64,000 bases of DNA from the NCBI GenBank assembly GCA_963716255.1, contig OY970303.1, positions 1,312,001 through 1,376,000 of the forward strand, written 5' to 3'. The notes beneath the pieces were generated by a model. It had not been told where the DNA came from. It worked only from the letters and a program-made list of their open reading frames with translations, and did no database searches. Below are positions 8,546-17,503 of the stretch, piece after piece. The first letter of the stretch is position 1. Every line of letters starts with the position of its first letter. The position numbers and the translations under genes are program-made. This stretch comes from an uncultured Gemmatimonadales bacterium (GTDB lineage: Bacteria; Gemmatimonadota; Gemmatimonadetes; Longimicrobiales; Longimicrobiaceae).

Positions 8546-10135
8546 CTACTCCCGTCGTCGCTTCTCGCCGGGGGTCGCCGCGCGGACCAGCGACGCGACG
8601 CCCAGCCAGAACACCAGCAGCGCCACCGGCCAGGCGAAGAGGCGCGGGAAGACGGCGCCCAGCGCCGAAAGGAGGACGAGCAGGACGCCGAGCGCGGCCA
8701 CCCACCCGGAGTCCTCGCGGCCGATCATGCGCTGCCCCACCAGCGCGCGCCCGAGCACGGAGCCGGCGCGCGCCATCCGCCCGACGGCGCGCCCCACCGA
8801 GCCGCCGCGGTGTGCGCGGCGGCGCGCGGCGCGGGCGGAGGCACGGGTGGGCTTCTCGGCGTCGGCGGGGTGCTCGGCGACCAGGCGCTCGGTCTTGCGG
8901 CGCTCGCGCCGGCCGTGCCGGGCGCCGGGAGCGGTGAGGGTGATCTCCACCGCGGACTCCAGGTCGCGGAGGAACAGCTCCTCCATCTCGGCGGCGAACT
9001 CGCGGTCCAGCACCGCCACGTCCATCTCCCAGTTCCCCAGCAGCGACGCCAGGTTCATGTTGCTGGAGCCCACGCGCGACCACACCCCGTCGGCCACGGC
9101 GGTCTTGGCGTGGATCATGGGCCCCTCCCACTCGAAGAGCCGCACCCCGGCCTCCAGCAGCGGCCGGTACCCGGCGCGCGACAATCCCCCCACCACGGGC
9201 CAGTTGTTGAAGGCGGGGACGATGACGCGCACGTCCACGCCGTCGCGGGCGGCGGCGGCCAGCGCCTCGGCCATGGCGGGGGGCGCGACGAAGTACGGGT
9301 CGGTGATCCACAGCCGCCGCTCCACGCCCACGTTGATGAACTGCGACAGGCGGTAGATGCGGGACCGCCCCGGCTCCCCCTCCACCACGCGCACGGCCAC
9401 GTCGCCCACGCGGGGCGCGGTCTCGGGGTCGGGGATCTCCTCAGGCGGAAGCGGACGCCCGGCGATCCCCCAGGTGCGGGCGAAGGCCCGGTCGATCACG
9501 GCGGCCACGGGCCCGCGGAACTCCACGCCGGTGTCGCGCCAGGGCGGCACGCCCGCGGCCGGGTCGCCGGCCCACTCGTCGCCGATGCACATGCCGGCCA
9601 CCGAGGCGTACGTGCCGTCGGTCGCGACCACCTTGCGGTGGTCGCGCCGCAGCAGGTTGAGCGGGTCGCGAACGGCGGGCGGGGCGAAGGCGCGCACCCG
9701 CACACCCGCGTCGCGCATGGGCTTCCAGAAGCGCGCGGGCGTCGCCCAGCACCCCAGCCAGTCGTGGAGCACGCGCACCCGGACGCCGTCGCGAGCGCGG
9801 TCGGCGAGGGCGTCGCGGAAGATGCGGCCGGTGCGGTCGTCGCGGAGGATGTAGTTTTCCAGGTGGATCCACTCGCGTGCGCCCTCGATGGCGTCCAGCC
9901 ACGCCCGGAACGCCGTGGGCCCGTCCACCAGCAGGCGCGCGGAGTTGCCCCGCACCTGGTGGGCGTCGGAGGCCCGCAGCATGGCGCGCTCGGCCTGCCG
10001 CACCATGGTGCGGGTGATGGCGAACGAGCCCGGGCCGGGACGGTCCGGCTCGGCCCGCTGAAGGGACGTGAACCGGGGCTCGGGCCCCGGCTCCTGCTCC
10101 GGTGTGGGTGGGATCGCGCGCTCCGGTCGGTTCAT
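8546..10135 (-). CDS. Cardiolipin synthase / phospholipase D family protein
   Basis: Two HKD motifs (HRKVVATD, HAKTAVAD), GSSNMN, C-terminal TM helices. Confidence 0.88.
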   Translation of the reverse strand: MNRPERAIPPTPEQEPGPEPRFTSLQRAEPDRPGPGSFAITRTMVRQAERAMLRASDAHQVRGNSARLLVDGPTAFRAWLDAIEGAREWIHLENYILRDDRTGRIFRDALADRARDGVRVRVLHDWLGCWATPARFWKPMRDAGVRVRAFAPPAVRDPLNLLRRDHRKVVATDGTYASVAGMCIGDEWAGDPAAGVPPWRDTGVEFRGPVAAVIDRAFARTWGIAGRPLPPEEIPDPETAPRVGDVAVRVVEGEPGRSRIYRLSQFINVGVERRLWITDPYFVAPPAMAEALAAAARDGVDVRVIVPAFNNWPVVGGLSRAGYRPLLEAGVRLFEWEGPMIHAKTAVADGVWSRVGSSNMNLASLLGNWEMDVAVLDREFAAEMEELFLRDLESAVEITLTAPGARHGRRERRKTERLVAEHPADAEKPTRASARAARRRAHRGGSVGRAVGRMARAGSVLGRALVGQRMIGREDSGWVAALGVLLVLLSALGAVFPRLFAWPVALLVFWLGVASLVRAATPGEKRRRE

Positions 10136-10180
10136 CGACGACGGCTGACGGTGGATTTCGAGGCGCTGTTCGGATGCCTC

Positions 10181-10280
10181 GGGGCCGCTCCGGAGCCGGA
10201 CGATACTGCCGTCCGTCTCCTGCGCGGGTCGCGGAGCCACCGGAAACTGCCCCGGTGTCTCCGCTCCGGCTGCGGGAGCC
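10181..10280 (-). repeat. Family-2 modular hairpin repeat, copy B
   Basis: Reverse complement of GGAGACGGACGGCAGTATCGTCCGGCTCCGGAGCGGCCCC plus a second module. Confidence 0.85.
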
Positions 10281-10391
10281 TCGCACGATACCGCCGTGCG
10301 AGTCTCCCTCCGCGACAGTCTATGGATAACACGGGAACCCCCGCAGGGCGAGGTTCGTGCCGCGGGGGAGGAATCGGTGGCGGGTGGGGGT

Positions 10392-11294
10392 CTACAGCGC
10401 GGCGAGGGCTTCGCGGAGGGCGGTGCGCGTCTGCGGCACGTAGCCGCCGCCGAACAGGTTGACGTGCACCAGCAGGTAGAAGAGCTGGTAGGCGGCGCGG
10501 CGCCCCTCGCGGTAGCCGGGGAAGAGGGGCCAGACCTCGCCGTAGGCGTCGTGGAAGCGATCCGGGAAGCCGCCGAACAGGTCGGCCATGGCGAGGTCCA
10601 CCTCGCGGTGGCCGAGGTACGTGGCGGGGTCCACCAGGCAGGGCTCGCCGGCGGCGGATGCGAGCACGTTGCCGCTCCACAGGTCGCCGTGCAGCATGGA
10701 CGGGACGACCACGTCGCCGGGGGCGAAGAGGTCCGGGAGGCCGGCGAACAGGCGCTCCCAGTCGCGGGGGTCGCCGGGGGCGTGGCCGGCATCGCGGGCG
10801 CGGCGGAGCTGCGGCTCCAGCCGCCGATCGCGCCAGAACTCGGCCCAGTCGGCGGCCTCCGCGTTGGGCTGCGGGAGCGTGGCGATGAAGTTGTCCTCGC
10901 GCCAGCCGATGCGCCCCTCGGTGCCGCGGTGCAGCAGCGCCAGCCCGCGCCCCAGCCGCTCGCCGAAGCCGGAATCGCGCGGGCCGGTCTCGATCCACTC
11001 CATCAGGATCCACCCGGGCTCCCCGGGGGCGCCCTCCTCCGCCGGGTCGAACACGGCGCGCACCTCGGGGATGCGCAGCCCGTGGTCCGCGGCGTAACGC
11101 AGCGCGTCCAGGGAGCGCGCCTCAGCGGGGAACATGCCGGCGGGGGGGTTTTCGTCGTACTTGAGGAAGGCGGGGCCGTCGGCCAGCTCCAGGCGGAGCG
11201 CGGCACCGGTGCTCCCGCCGCCCACGGGGCGGACGCCGCGCACCGGCCCGCAGCGCGCCTCCACCCGCCGCCGCACGGCGTCCGGGAGGGTCAC
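10392..11294 (-). CDS. Fructosamine kinase family protein
   Basis: FLK, LHGDLWSGN, DPATYLGHREVDLAM, LVHVNLFG; GTG start overlaps the upstream stop. Confidence 0.9.
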   Translation of the reverse strand: MTLPDAVRRRVEARCGPVRGVRPVGGGSTGAALRLELADGPAFLKYDENPPAGMFPAEARSLDALRYAADHGLRIPEVRAVFDPAEEGAPGEPGWILMEWIETGPRDSGFGERLGRGLALLHRGTEGRIGWREDNFIATLPQPNAEAADWAEFWRDRRLEPQLRRARDAGHAPGDPRDWERLFAGLPDLFAPGDVVVPSMLHGDLWSGNVLASAAGEPCLVDPATYLGHREVDLAMADLFGGFPDRFHDAYGEVWPLFPGYREGRRAAYQLFYLLVHVNLFGGGYVPQTRTALREALAAL

Positions 11295-11779
11295 GCGGCG
11301 CCCCGTTCCCGGAGCAGGTGGTCGAGGAGGGCGGCGCAGGAGCGCTCCACCATGTCGTGCACGTCCTCGAAGCCGCGGGCGCCGCCGTAGTACGGGTCGG
11401 GAACGTCCAGCCCGCCCGCCTCGGGATCCCACTCGCGCAGCCGGTGCACGTGCGCGGTGCCGCCGGCCGCGGCGCGGAGCGCCTCGATCTCCGCGAGGTT
11501 GTCGGCGTCCATGGCGATCACGTAGTCGAAGCGGCTCAGGTCGCGCGCGGCGAGCTGGCGGCTGCTGCCGGCGACCCGTACGCCGCGGGCGAGCGCGGTC
11601 GCGGCGCTGCGGCGGTCGGGCGGGGCGCCCACGTGGTAGCCGGAGGTGCCGGCGGAGTCGATCTCGAAGCGGTCCTCCACGCCGCGCTCGCGGGCCAGGT
11701 GGCGGAACACCGACTCGGCCAGCGGCGAGCGGCAGATGTTGCCCATGCAGACGAACAGCAGGCGGATCGGATCGGCCAT
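11291..11779 (-). CDS. Low-molecular-weight protein tyrosine phosphatase
   Basis: FVCMGNICRS P-loop, DSAGT, VPDPYYGG. Confidence 0.93.
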   Translation of the reverse strand: MADPIRLLFVCMGNICRSPLAESVFRHLARERGVEDRFEIDSAGTSGYHVGAPPDRRSAATALARGVRVAGSSRQLAARDLSRFDYVIAMDADNLAEIEALRAAAGGTAHVHRLREWDPEAGGLDVPDPYYGGARGFEDVHDMVERSCAALLDHLLRERGAA

Positions 11780-11960
11780 GTCCCCGGATCTCCAGTTGGC
11801 CGCCGGCCGCGGGATCGCCGCGCACCCGGCGGAGCACGAAGCGCAGACGCGCGTCCGGCGCTTCCTGGAGCTTGTCGAAGGAGGCGCCCGTGCGCCAGGG
11901 GTGGGATCGAAGGCGGGAGGAACGGCGGCCGGGTACGGCGTCCGCGCCGCGAGCCGGGGT

Positions 11961-12386
11961 CTACTCGCGCGGCGGGACGGGAATCGTGGAGGCTCCGAGG
12001 CGGCGGCTCCGCCGGGGCGAGCGGGAGCGCAGGGCCATGGCGGCGGCGGCAAAGCCCAGCAGTGCGCCTGGAAATCCCATCATCCCGTCGCCGACCAGAC
12101 CCAGCAGGGAGCCGGCGAGCGTGCCGAGCGCCGTGCCGCCGATGGCCTTCCAGAGCGGGACGCGGCGCATGAGCAGCCACGCCGCGACGGGCCCAAGCAC
12201 CGCCCCCATCGCCGCGCCGTACATGCCGACGAACGGGAGGGCGGCGGCCAGCTCCCGGTACGGCCGCGGCAAGTCGGCCAGCGGCAGCATCCACACCGTG
12301 AACGCCAGCACCCCCACCAGGGCGCCGACCAGGGCGCCCGCGGCCACCAGCCCGGCCGTGACGGCGGCGATGCGCACGATCCTCAT
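11961..12386 (-). CDS. Small Gly/Ala-rich membrane protein (paralog 1)
   Basis: Four hydrophobic segments; GAVLGPVAAWLLMRRVPL shared with its neighbour; GGAGG RBS. Confidence 0.7.
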   Translation of the reverse strand: MRIVRIAAVTAGLVAAGALVGALVGVLAFTVWMLPLADLPRPYRELAAALPFVGMYGAAMGAVLGPVAAWLLMRRVPLWKAIGGTALGTLAGSLLGLVGDGMMGFPGALLGFAAAAMALRSRSPRRSRRLGASTIPVPPRE

Positions 12387-12510
12387 CTCAAGACCTCCCT
12401 CTGGGTCGACGCTGCCGCACAGGAGCCGCATTCGCGGGCCGCGGCACGGCGCGGCTCCGGCAGCGGAGCGAACCCCGACGCCGACGCCCGCCGGAAGCGA
12501 CGGGCAGCGG

Positions 12511-12960
12511 TCAGACGCGCGGCAGGAACCAGGCGAATGGCGCGCCGATGCGGCGGTTCTCCCTGGGCGTGCTGACGTTCAGGTACACGGTGGAGGCGCC
12601 GAGGCCCAGGAGAGGATACAGGAGGAACCCGTTGTCCCCGATCCCCGTCGCGAGTCCCACCCCCACCCCCGCGATCGTCGCCGCAAGCGCCCCCAGCGCC
12701 GTGCCGCCGACGGCGCGCCCGAGCGGCACGTGGCGCATCAGCAGCCACGCCGCCACGGGCCCGAGCAGCGCCCCGGCCGTGGCGCCAACCACCGTGAGGA
12801 ACACGGTGCCCAGCAAGGCGAAGTAGAGCCCGGGAAGATCCCCTTCGAAGAACTTCAGCGCCAGCAGACTGATGGTGAAGCCGAAGCCGACGACGCTTCC
12901 CGCGGCGGCGCCCGCGCCCATGAGCCCCGCCGTGATGGTGGCGATGCGCTTGATCAGCAT
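12511..12960 (-). CDS. Small Gly/Ala-rich membrane protein (paralog 2)
   Basis: GALLGPVAAWLLMRHVPL; GGAGGAGG RBS. Confidence 0.7.
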   Translation of the reverse strand: MLIKRIATITAGLMGAGAAAGSVVGFGFTISLLALKFFEGDLPGLYFALLGTVFLTVVGATAGALLGPVAAWLLMRHVPLGRAVGGTALGALAATIAGVGVGLATGIGDNGFLLYPLLGLGASTVYLNVSTPRENRRIGAPFAWFLPRV

Positions 12961-12983
12961 ACCCGGACCTCCTCCAGAGTGTT

Positions 12984-13036
12984 CTTTGCGATACAAAGTT
13001 CTTCACTAGAGTACATCCGGACGGACCGGGTGTCAA
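12984..13036 (-). promoter_or_regulatory. Putative sigma70 promoter with downstream palindromic operator
   Basis: Minus strand TTGACA-17 nt-TACTCT; CTTTG-N5-CAAAG inverted repeat at 12984-12998. Confidence 0.55.
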
Positions 13037-13111
13037 GGGAATCTCGACGCCGCTGGCGGGGAGCGGGCCGCTCCAGTTCGAACAACGGCGGTCTTGGGAA
13101 ACAGAGGGAGG

Positions 13112-13906
13112 TTACTCGCGGTCGACGCCGGGCTCGGCCTGCAGCGCGCGGCGGAGCCGGCGCGTCTCCTCGCGGAGGTCGCGGAGGCCGGTGAGCTTGT
13201 TGGCGGTGGCGGCCTGCATGGCGAACAGGACGGCCGCGGCGTCGGGATCGGCGCGGAGTCGCGCCACGTCCACCCCGTCCGAGGTGATGTCGCCCAGGAA
13301 GGCGCGGCGCATGAACGGGAGCGCGCGGGCCATGGGGCCGGCTCCGCTGGTCACGATCTCGCGGAACTGCCCCTGCCGCTCGCTCTCGCTCTCCACCGCG
13401 GCCGCGTACGAGGCGAGCCGGGCGCGGAGCGAATCGCTGCGCACCAGCCGCAGGTCGCCGGTGCCGAGAAGCGCACGGTAGCTGCCCGCGAGCGGCTGGA
13501 AGTTGGACGAGACCCCGCTCCGCCCCACCCAGCGCACCAGGGAGTTGGCCGGCGGGGGCGCGCCGGTGCCGGTGAGCGCGTCGATGGCGAGGGCCGCGGA
13601 CCGCGCCGCGGCGCTGTCCGTGGCGATGGCCTCGTCCAGCCTGCGCTCGTTCTCGCGTGTGTCGGAAAGGAGCTGGCGCAGGTAGTCGCGCTCGCGCCCG
13701 CGCTCCTCGTGGCCCTGCCACCACGCCTGCGCGGCGAGCGCGCAGAGCACGCCGGCGACGATGGTGGCGAACTCGCGCAGCGCCGTGCGCCACCCGGCCG
13801 CCGCCCCGGCGAGGACGGGCGGTCGCGCGACGAGCGGGGGCTCCGGGTGCGGCGGCTCCGGCGCGTCGGGCGGAGCCGGCGGAACGACGTGGCCGGTGGC
13901 GGACAT
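13112..13906 (-). CDS. Hypothetical membrane-anchored helical protein
   Basis: EFATIVAGVLCALAAQAWW TM segment followed by a coiled-coil-like region. Confidence 0.6.
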   Translation of the reverse strand: MSATGHVVPPAPPDAPEPPHPEPPLVARPPVLAGAAAGWRTALREFATIVAGVLCALAAQAWWQGHEERGRERDYLRQLLSDTRENERRLDEAIATDSAAARSAALAIDALTGTGAPPPANSLVRWVGRSGVSSNFQPLAGSYRALLGTGDLRLVRSDSLRARLASYAAAVESESERQGQFREIVTSGAGPMARALPFMRRAFLGDITSDGVDVARLRADPDAAAVLFAMQAATANKLTGLRDLREETRRLRRALQAEPGVDRE

Positions 13907-13949
13907 GGGCTCCCGCGTGCGGGTGTGTGGCGAGGGGCGTCGGCGGATG

Positions 13950-14399
13950 CTACGGCTGCGGGCGGAACCCTGGGCGGAAGTCCCACAGCACGTTGACGAT
14001 CTTCCACTCGCCGTTCCAGCGGGCCAGGTGCATGTAGTCCACCAGCTTGGTGGAGACGAGGCGGACGCTCGCCATGTCGCCGTCCATGGTGAGGATGCGC
14101 ACGTCCTTCTGCTGCCGCTCGGGAGGCACGTCCTTGCCGGCGCCCAGCCGCGTGGCGTAAACCAGGGCGTCGGCCGTGGTGGGGGAGAGCAGGGACCGGC
14201 CCCCCGCGTCCCGGTGCACGATGCGCTTGGCGAGGTCCGGGTGGACGGCGCGCTGCATCCGCGCCGCGTCGCCGCCATACCACCCTTCGATGTAGTCCAG
14301 CGCGGCGCGCCGCACCGCCGCCGAGTCCGCGGCGCTCTGCGCGCGCAGCGCGGCGGGGGATGCCAGCAGGAGTGCGAGAACCGGGAGCAGCTTTCTCAT
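13950..14399 (-). CDS. Secreted NTF2-like (putative lumazine-binding) protein
   Basis: Signal peptide; DYIEGWYGGDAARM, VDYMHLARWNGEWKIVNVLW. Confidence 0.8.
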   Translation of the reverse strand: MRKLLPVLALLLASPAALRAQSAADSAAVRRAALDYIEGWYGGDAARMQRAVHPDLAKRIVHRDAGGRSLLSPTTADALVYATRLGAGKDVPPERQQKDVRILTMDGDMASVRLVSTKLVDYMHLARWNGEWKIVNVLWDFRPGFRPQP

Positions 14400-14559
14400 G
14401 GCGACGTGGGGGCCTGGGTGAGCGGGAACGGGCATGGATCCGGACGGACCGGCCGCAAGAGGCATGCTCTCCGGTGCGGGCGGGGCGGGCCGCCGCACGG
14501 GCGCCCGTGTGGACGGGGACTTGCAGCCGGGCGCCGCCGGACCCCAGACCCGAGCCCCG

Positions 14560-15120
14560 ATGCCCGCCGTAGAGATCCCCGCCAACGCGCTCGTCGTCCT
14601 CGTGGGCCCGTCCGGCTGCGGCAAGAGCACCTTCGCGCGGCGCCGTTTCCGCGACACGGAGGTGGTGTCGTCGGACGGGTGCCGGCGGCTGGTGGCGGAC
14701 GACGAGGCGGACCAGTCCGCGACGGCGCAGGCGTTCGAGGTGTTCCACGCCATCGTGCGGGGGCGGCTGTCGCTGGGGCGCCTGGCCGTGGCCGACGCCA
14801 CCAACCTGAGCCCCGGCGCCCGCGCCCGCCTGCGCGGGGAGGCCGCGCGCTGGGACGCGCCCGCGGTGGTGCTGGTGCTGGACGTGCCGCTGGCGACCTG
14901 CCTTGCGCAGAACCTGGAGCGCGCCCGCCGGGTGCGGCCGGAGGTGATCGAGCTGCACCACGCGCAGCTCGCGGCGGCACGCGCCGCGCTGCCGGACGAG
15001 GGTTTCGACGCGGTGCACGCGGTGGGGCCGGACGCGGAGGTCGCCATCGGCCCGGCGGTGCGGAGGCCGCCCGCATCCCGGACCACGCCAGGCGCGCGCA
15101 GTTCCGCAGTACCCCCATGA
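14560..15120 (+). CDS. AAA_33 / polynucleotide-kinase-like P-loop kinase (stand-alone)
   Basis: LVVLVGPSGCGKSTFA, VVSSD, VADATNL resemble the kinase module of bacterial Pnkp. Confidence 0.8.
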   Translation: MPAVEIPANALVVLVGPSGCGKSTFARRRFRDTEVVSSDGCRRLVADDEADQSATAQAFEVFHAIVRGRLSLGRLAVADATNLSPGARARLRGEAARWDAPAVVLVLDVPLATCLAQNLERARRVRPEVIELHHAQLAAARAALPDEGFDAVHAVGPDAEVAIGPAVRRPPASRTTPGARSSAVPP

Positions 15121-15259
15121 TCCGTTGCGGAGGGGGACAGCCGGGTAGTTTCGGCTGGCTCACTCCGCGGGCGGGGAGACTCGCGGGCCGTTTCGCGAGG
15201 CTCACCGACCCCGCGGAGGAAACAGGCCGGCAGTTTGGCCTGGTTCCGTAGCGGCCCCG
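15100..15259 (+). repeat. Family-2 modular hairpin repeat, copy C (three modules; overlaps the kinase stop codon)
   Basis: GTTCCGCAGTACCCCC start, three stem-loops with G(T/C)(A/C)GTTT loops, CCGTAGCGGCCCC end. Confidence 0.75.
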
Positions 15260-15270
15260 CCGCCGAAGCT

Positions 15271-16608
15271 TTACCTCCCCGCCCCGCTCAGGAAGTCCAC
15301 GGCCATGTACGCCATGGTGCGGACCCCCACGGGCAGCGCCCCCTCGTCGGCAAGGAACTGCGGCGAGTGGTTGGCGGGTGCCCGCGCCGGGTCCTGCCCC
15401 TGTGGCACGATTCCCAGGAAGAAGAACATCCCCGGGACCTCCTTCTGGTAGTACGAGAAGTCCTCCGCGGCCGTGATCGGCAGCACCGTGCCGACGTTGT
15501 CCGCCCCCACGACGCGCGCGAGGGTGGGCGCCATGCGGGCCGTGAGCTCGGCGTGGTTGTAGGTGACGGCGGCCAGCTCGCGGATCTCCACCTCGGCGGT
15601 GCCCCCGGCGCTCTGCGCGATGAGCTGCGCGGTGCGGCGGATGCGCTCGTGGGCCTCGCGCTGCATCCCGGCGTCGAAGGTGCGCACGGTGCCCAGCATC
15701 ACCACGGAATCGGGGATGATGTTCTGGCGGATGCCGCCCTGGATGCTGCCGATGGTGACCACGGCGGGCGCCACGGTGAGGTTGAGCTGCCGCGAGGGGA
15801 TGGTCTGGAGCGCGCCGACGATCTGCGACGCGATGACGATGGGGTCCACTCCGCCCCACGGCACGGCGCCGTGCGTCTGCCGGCCGCGCACCACGATGCG
15901 CATGTTGTCGGCGGCGGCCATGGTGCCCAGCGGGCGGAAGTGCAGCGTCCCCACCGGCTGGGTCCACACGTGCATCCCGAAGACGGCGTCTGGCCGGGGG
16001 TCCTGGAGCGCTCCCTCGCGGATCATCAGCCGCGCGCCTCCGTCCTCGCCGGCGGGCGGGCCCTCCTCGGCGGGCTGGAAGAGGAAGACGACGGTGCCGG
16101 GGATCCGCTCGCGCATGCCGGCGAGCACCTGCGCGGCGCCCATCAGCATGGCGGTGTGCAGGTCGTGCCCGCAGGCGTGCATCACGCCCACGTCCTGCCC
16201 GTTGTACGTGGTCCGCACCGTCGACTTGAAGGGCAGCTCCACCTGCTCGGTGACGGGGAGCGCGTCCATGTCCGCCCGCAGCGCGACCACGGGGCCGGGG
16301 CGCCCGCCGCGCAGCACGCCCACCACGCCGGTGCGGGCGACGGGGTAGCGCACCGCAATGCCCAGGCTGCGCAGGTGGTCGGCGACCAGCCTGCCGGTGC
16401 GGGTCTCGCGGTTGGACAGCTCGGGGTGCTGGTGGATGTCGCGGCGCCAGGCCACGACCTTGGGCTGGACCTCGGCGGCGCGGCGGTCCACCTCGGCGCG
16501 GAGGGCGGCGCCGTCCTGCGCGGCGGCGGGGGCGGCGCCCGCCAGCGCGAGGAGGGCGAGGGCGGCGGCGAGGCGGGCACGGCGTGCTGCGATCGGTCGG
16601 GAGGTCAT
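15271..16608 (-). CDS. Secreted M20 family amidohydrolase
   Basis: WRRDIHQHPELS, LRADMDALP, MHACGHD, FQPAEEG, AEDFS, NHSP. Confidence 0.92.
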   Translation of the reverse strand: MTSRPIAARRARLAAALALLALAGAAPAAAQDGAALRAEVDRRAAEVQPKVVAWRRDIHQHPELSNRETRTGRLVADHLRSLGIAVRYPVARTGVVGVLRGGRPGPVVALRADMDALPVTEQVELPFKSTVRTTYNGQDVGVMHACGHDLHTAMLMGAAQVLAGMRERIPGTVVFLFQPAEEGPPAGEDGGARLMIREGALQDPRPDAVFGMHVWTQPVGTLHFRPLGTMAAADNMRIVVRGRQTHGAVPWGGVDPIVIASQIVGALQTIPSRQLNLTVAPAVVTIGSIQGGIRQNIIPDSVVMLGTVRTFDAGMQREAHERIRRTAQLIAQSAGGTAEVEIRELAAVTYNHAELTARMAPTLARVVGADNVGTVLPITAAEDFSYYQKEVPGMFFFLGIVPQGQDPARAPANHSPQFLADEGALPVGVRTMAYMAVDFLSGAGR

Positions 16609-16840
16609 CGTGGATCCGGGGTGCAGATCGGGTGGGCGCGGCGGGTGTCCCAAGGTTACGGAGGCGCGGGGAAGCCGTCAAACGGCGGAGCCCCGCCGGG
16701 GCTCTCCAGCACAAGCACAAGACGCTCCCCTCCAAACACTTACGCATACCGAACCGGACCCCCGCGGCCCGCCATTTGCACTCCCTCGGAGCCCCCGCCC
16801 GGGAGCAGGGCGGCCGAACCCGACCCAAAGGAGGAATCCA

Positions 16841-17425
16841 ATGCGAGGCTACGGACGCGACTATCAGGACCAGCAGCGGTACCGGAGCGGCGGGAGCGAG
16901 GACTACCGCGACCGCATGCGCCACAACCCGTCGTGGGAGGACGAGGCGTACGGCAGCCGCAGGTACGGCTCCGGCATGCAGGGCGGCGGCTACGGCGGCG
17001 GCGGGTACCAGGGCGGCGGGTACGGCGGCGGCCGCGACGTGGGCGGAAGCAGCTGGCGGAACCGCAGCTACATGGCGGGCGAGGGCAGCGGCGGGATGGG
17101 GAGCGGCCACCGCTATGGGCGTGGCTACGTCGACTACGGCCAGGGCGACTACGGCCAGGCCGACTCCTCCCGCCGGCAGCCGATGAGCAGCCGCGGCGGC
17201 GGGATGGGCTACGACCGCGGGATGATGAGCCGCCCGGTGCAGCCGTACGGCCGCGGCCACAGCGGCGCGGGCGGCTACGGGATGAGCCGGGGCACCGGCC
17301 CCACCGACGCCGGCATGGGGATGGGCGGCGACTCCGGCGGCCCGTTCGGAAACCCCACCAGCCGGGGCGACTACTTCCTCGGGTACGGCGCGTCGAGCCG
17401 GCGGGGATACTCGCCGTTCTGGTGA
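16841..17425 (+). CDS. Gly/Tyr/Arg/Ser-rich low-complexity protein
   Basis: AAGGAGG RBS then ATG; GGGYGGGGYQGGGYGGG repeats; GC-rich third codon positions. Confidence 0.75.
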   Translation: MRGYGRDYQDQQRYRSGGSEDYRDRMRHNPSWEDEAYGSRRYGSGMQGGGYGGGGYQGGGYGGGRDVGGSSWRNRSYMAGEGSGGMGSGHRYGRGYVDYGQGDYGQADSSRRQPMSSRGGGMGYDRGMMSRPVQPYGRGHSGAGGYGMSRGTGPTDAGMGMGGDSGGPFGNPTSRGDYFLGYGASSRRGYSPFW

Positions 17426-17452
17426 GCCCGTCGGCCTGACGGGATGGAAGTG

Positions 17453-17482
17453 GGGCCCCGCGCCGGGATCGGCGCGGGGCCC
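17453..17482. terminator. Hairpin between convergent genes (possible bidirectional terminator)
   Basis: GGCCCCGCGCCG-ggat-CGGCGCGGGGCC perfect stem. Confidence 0.55.
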
Positions 17483-17503
17483 CTCCGTTCGTCGGTCCGG
17501 CGC

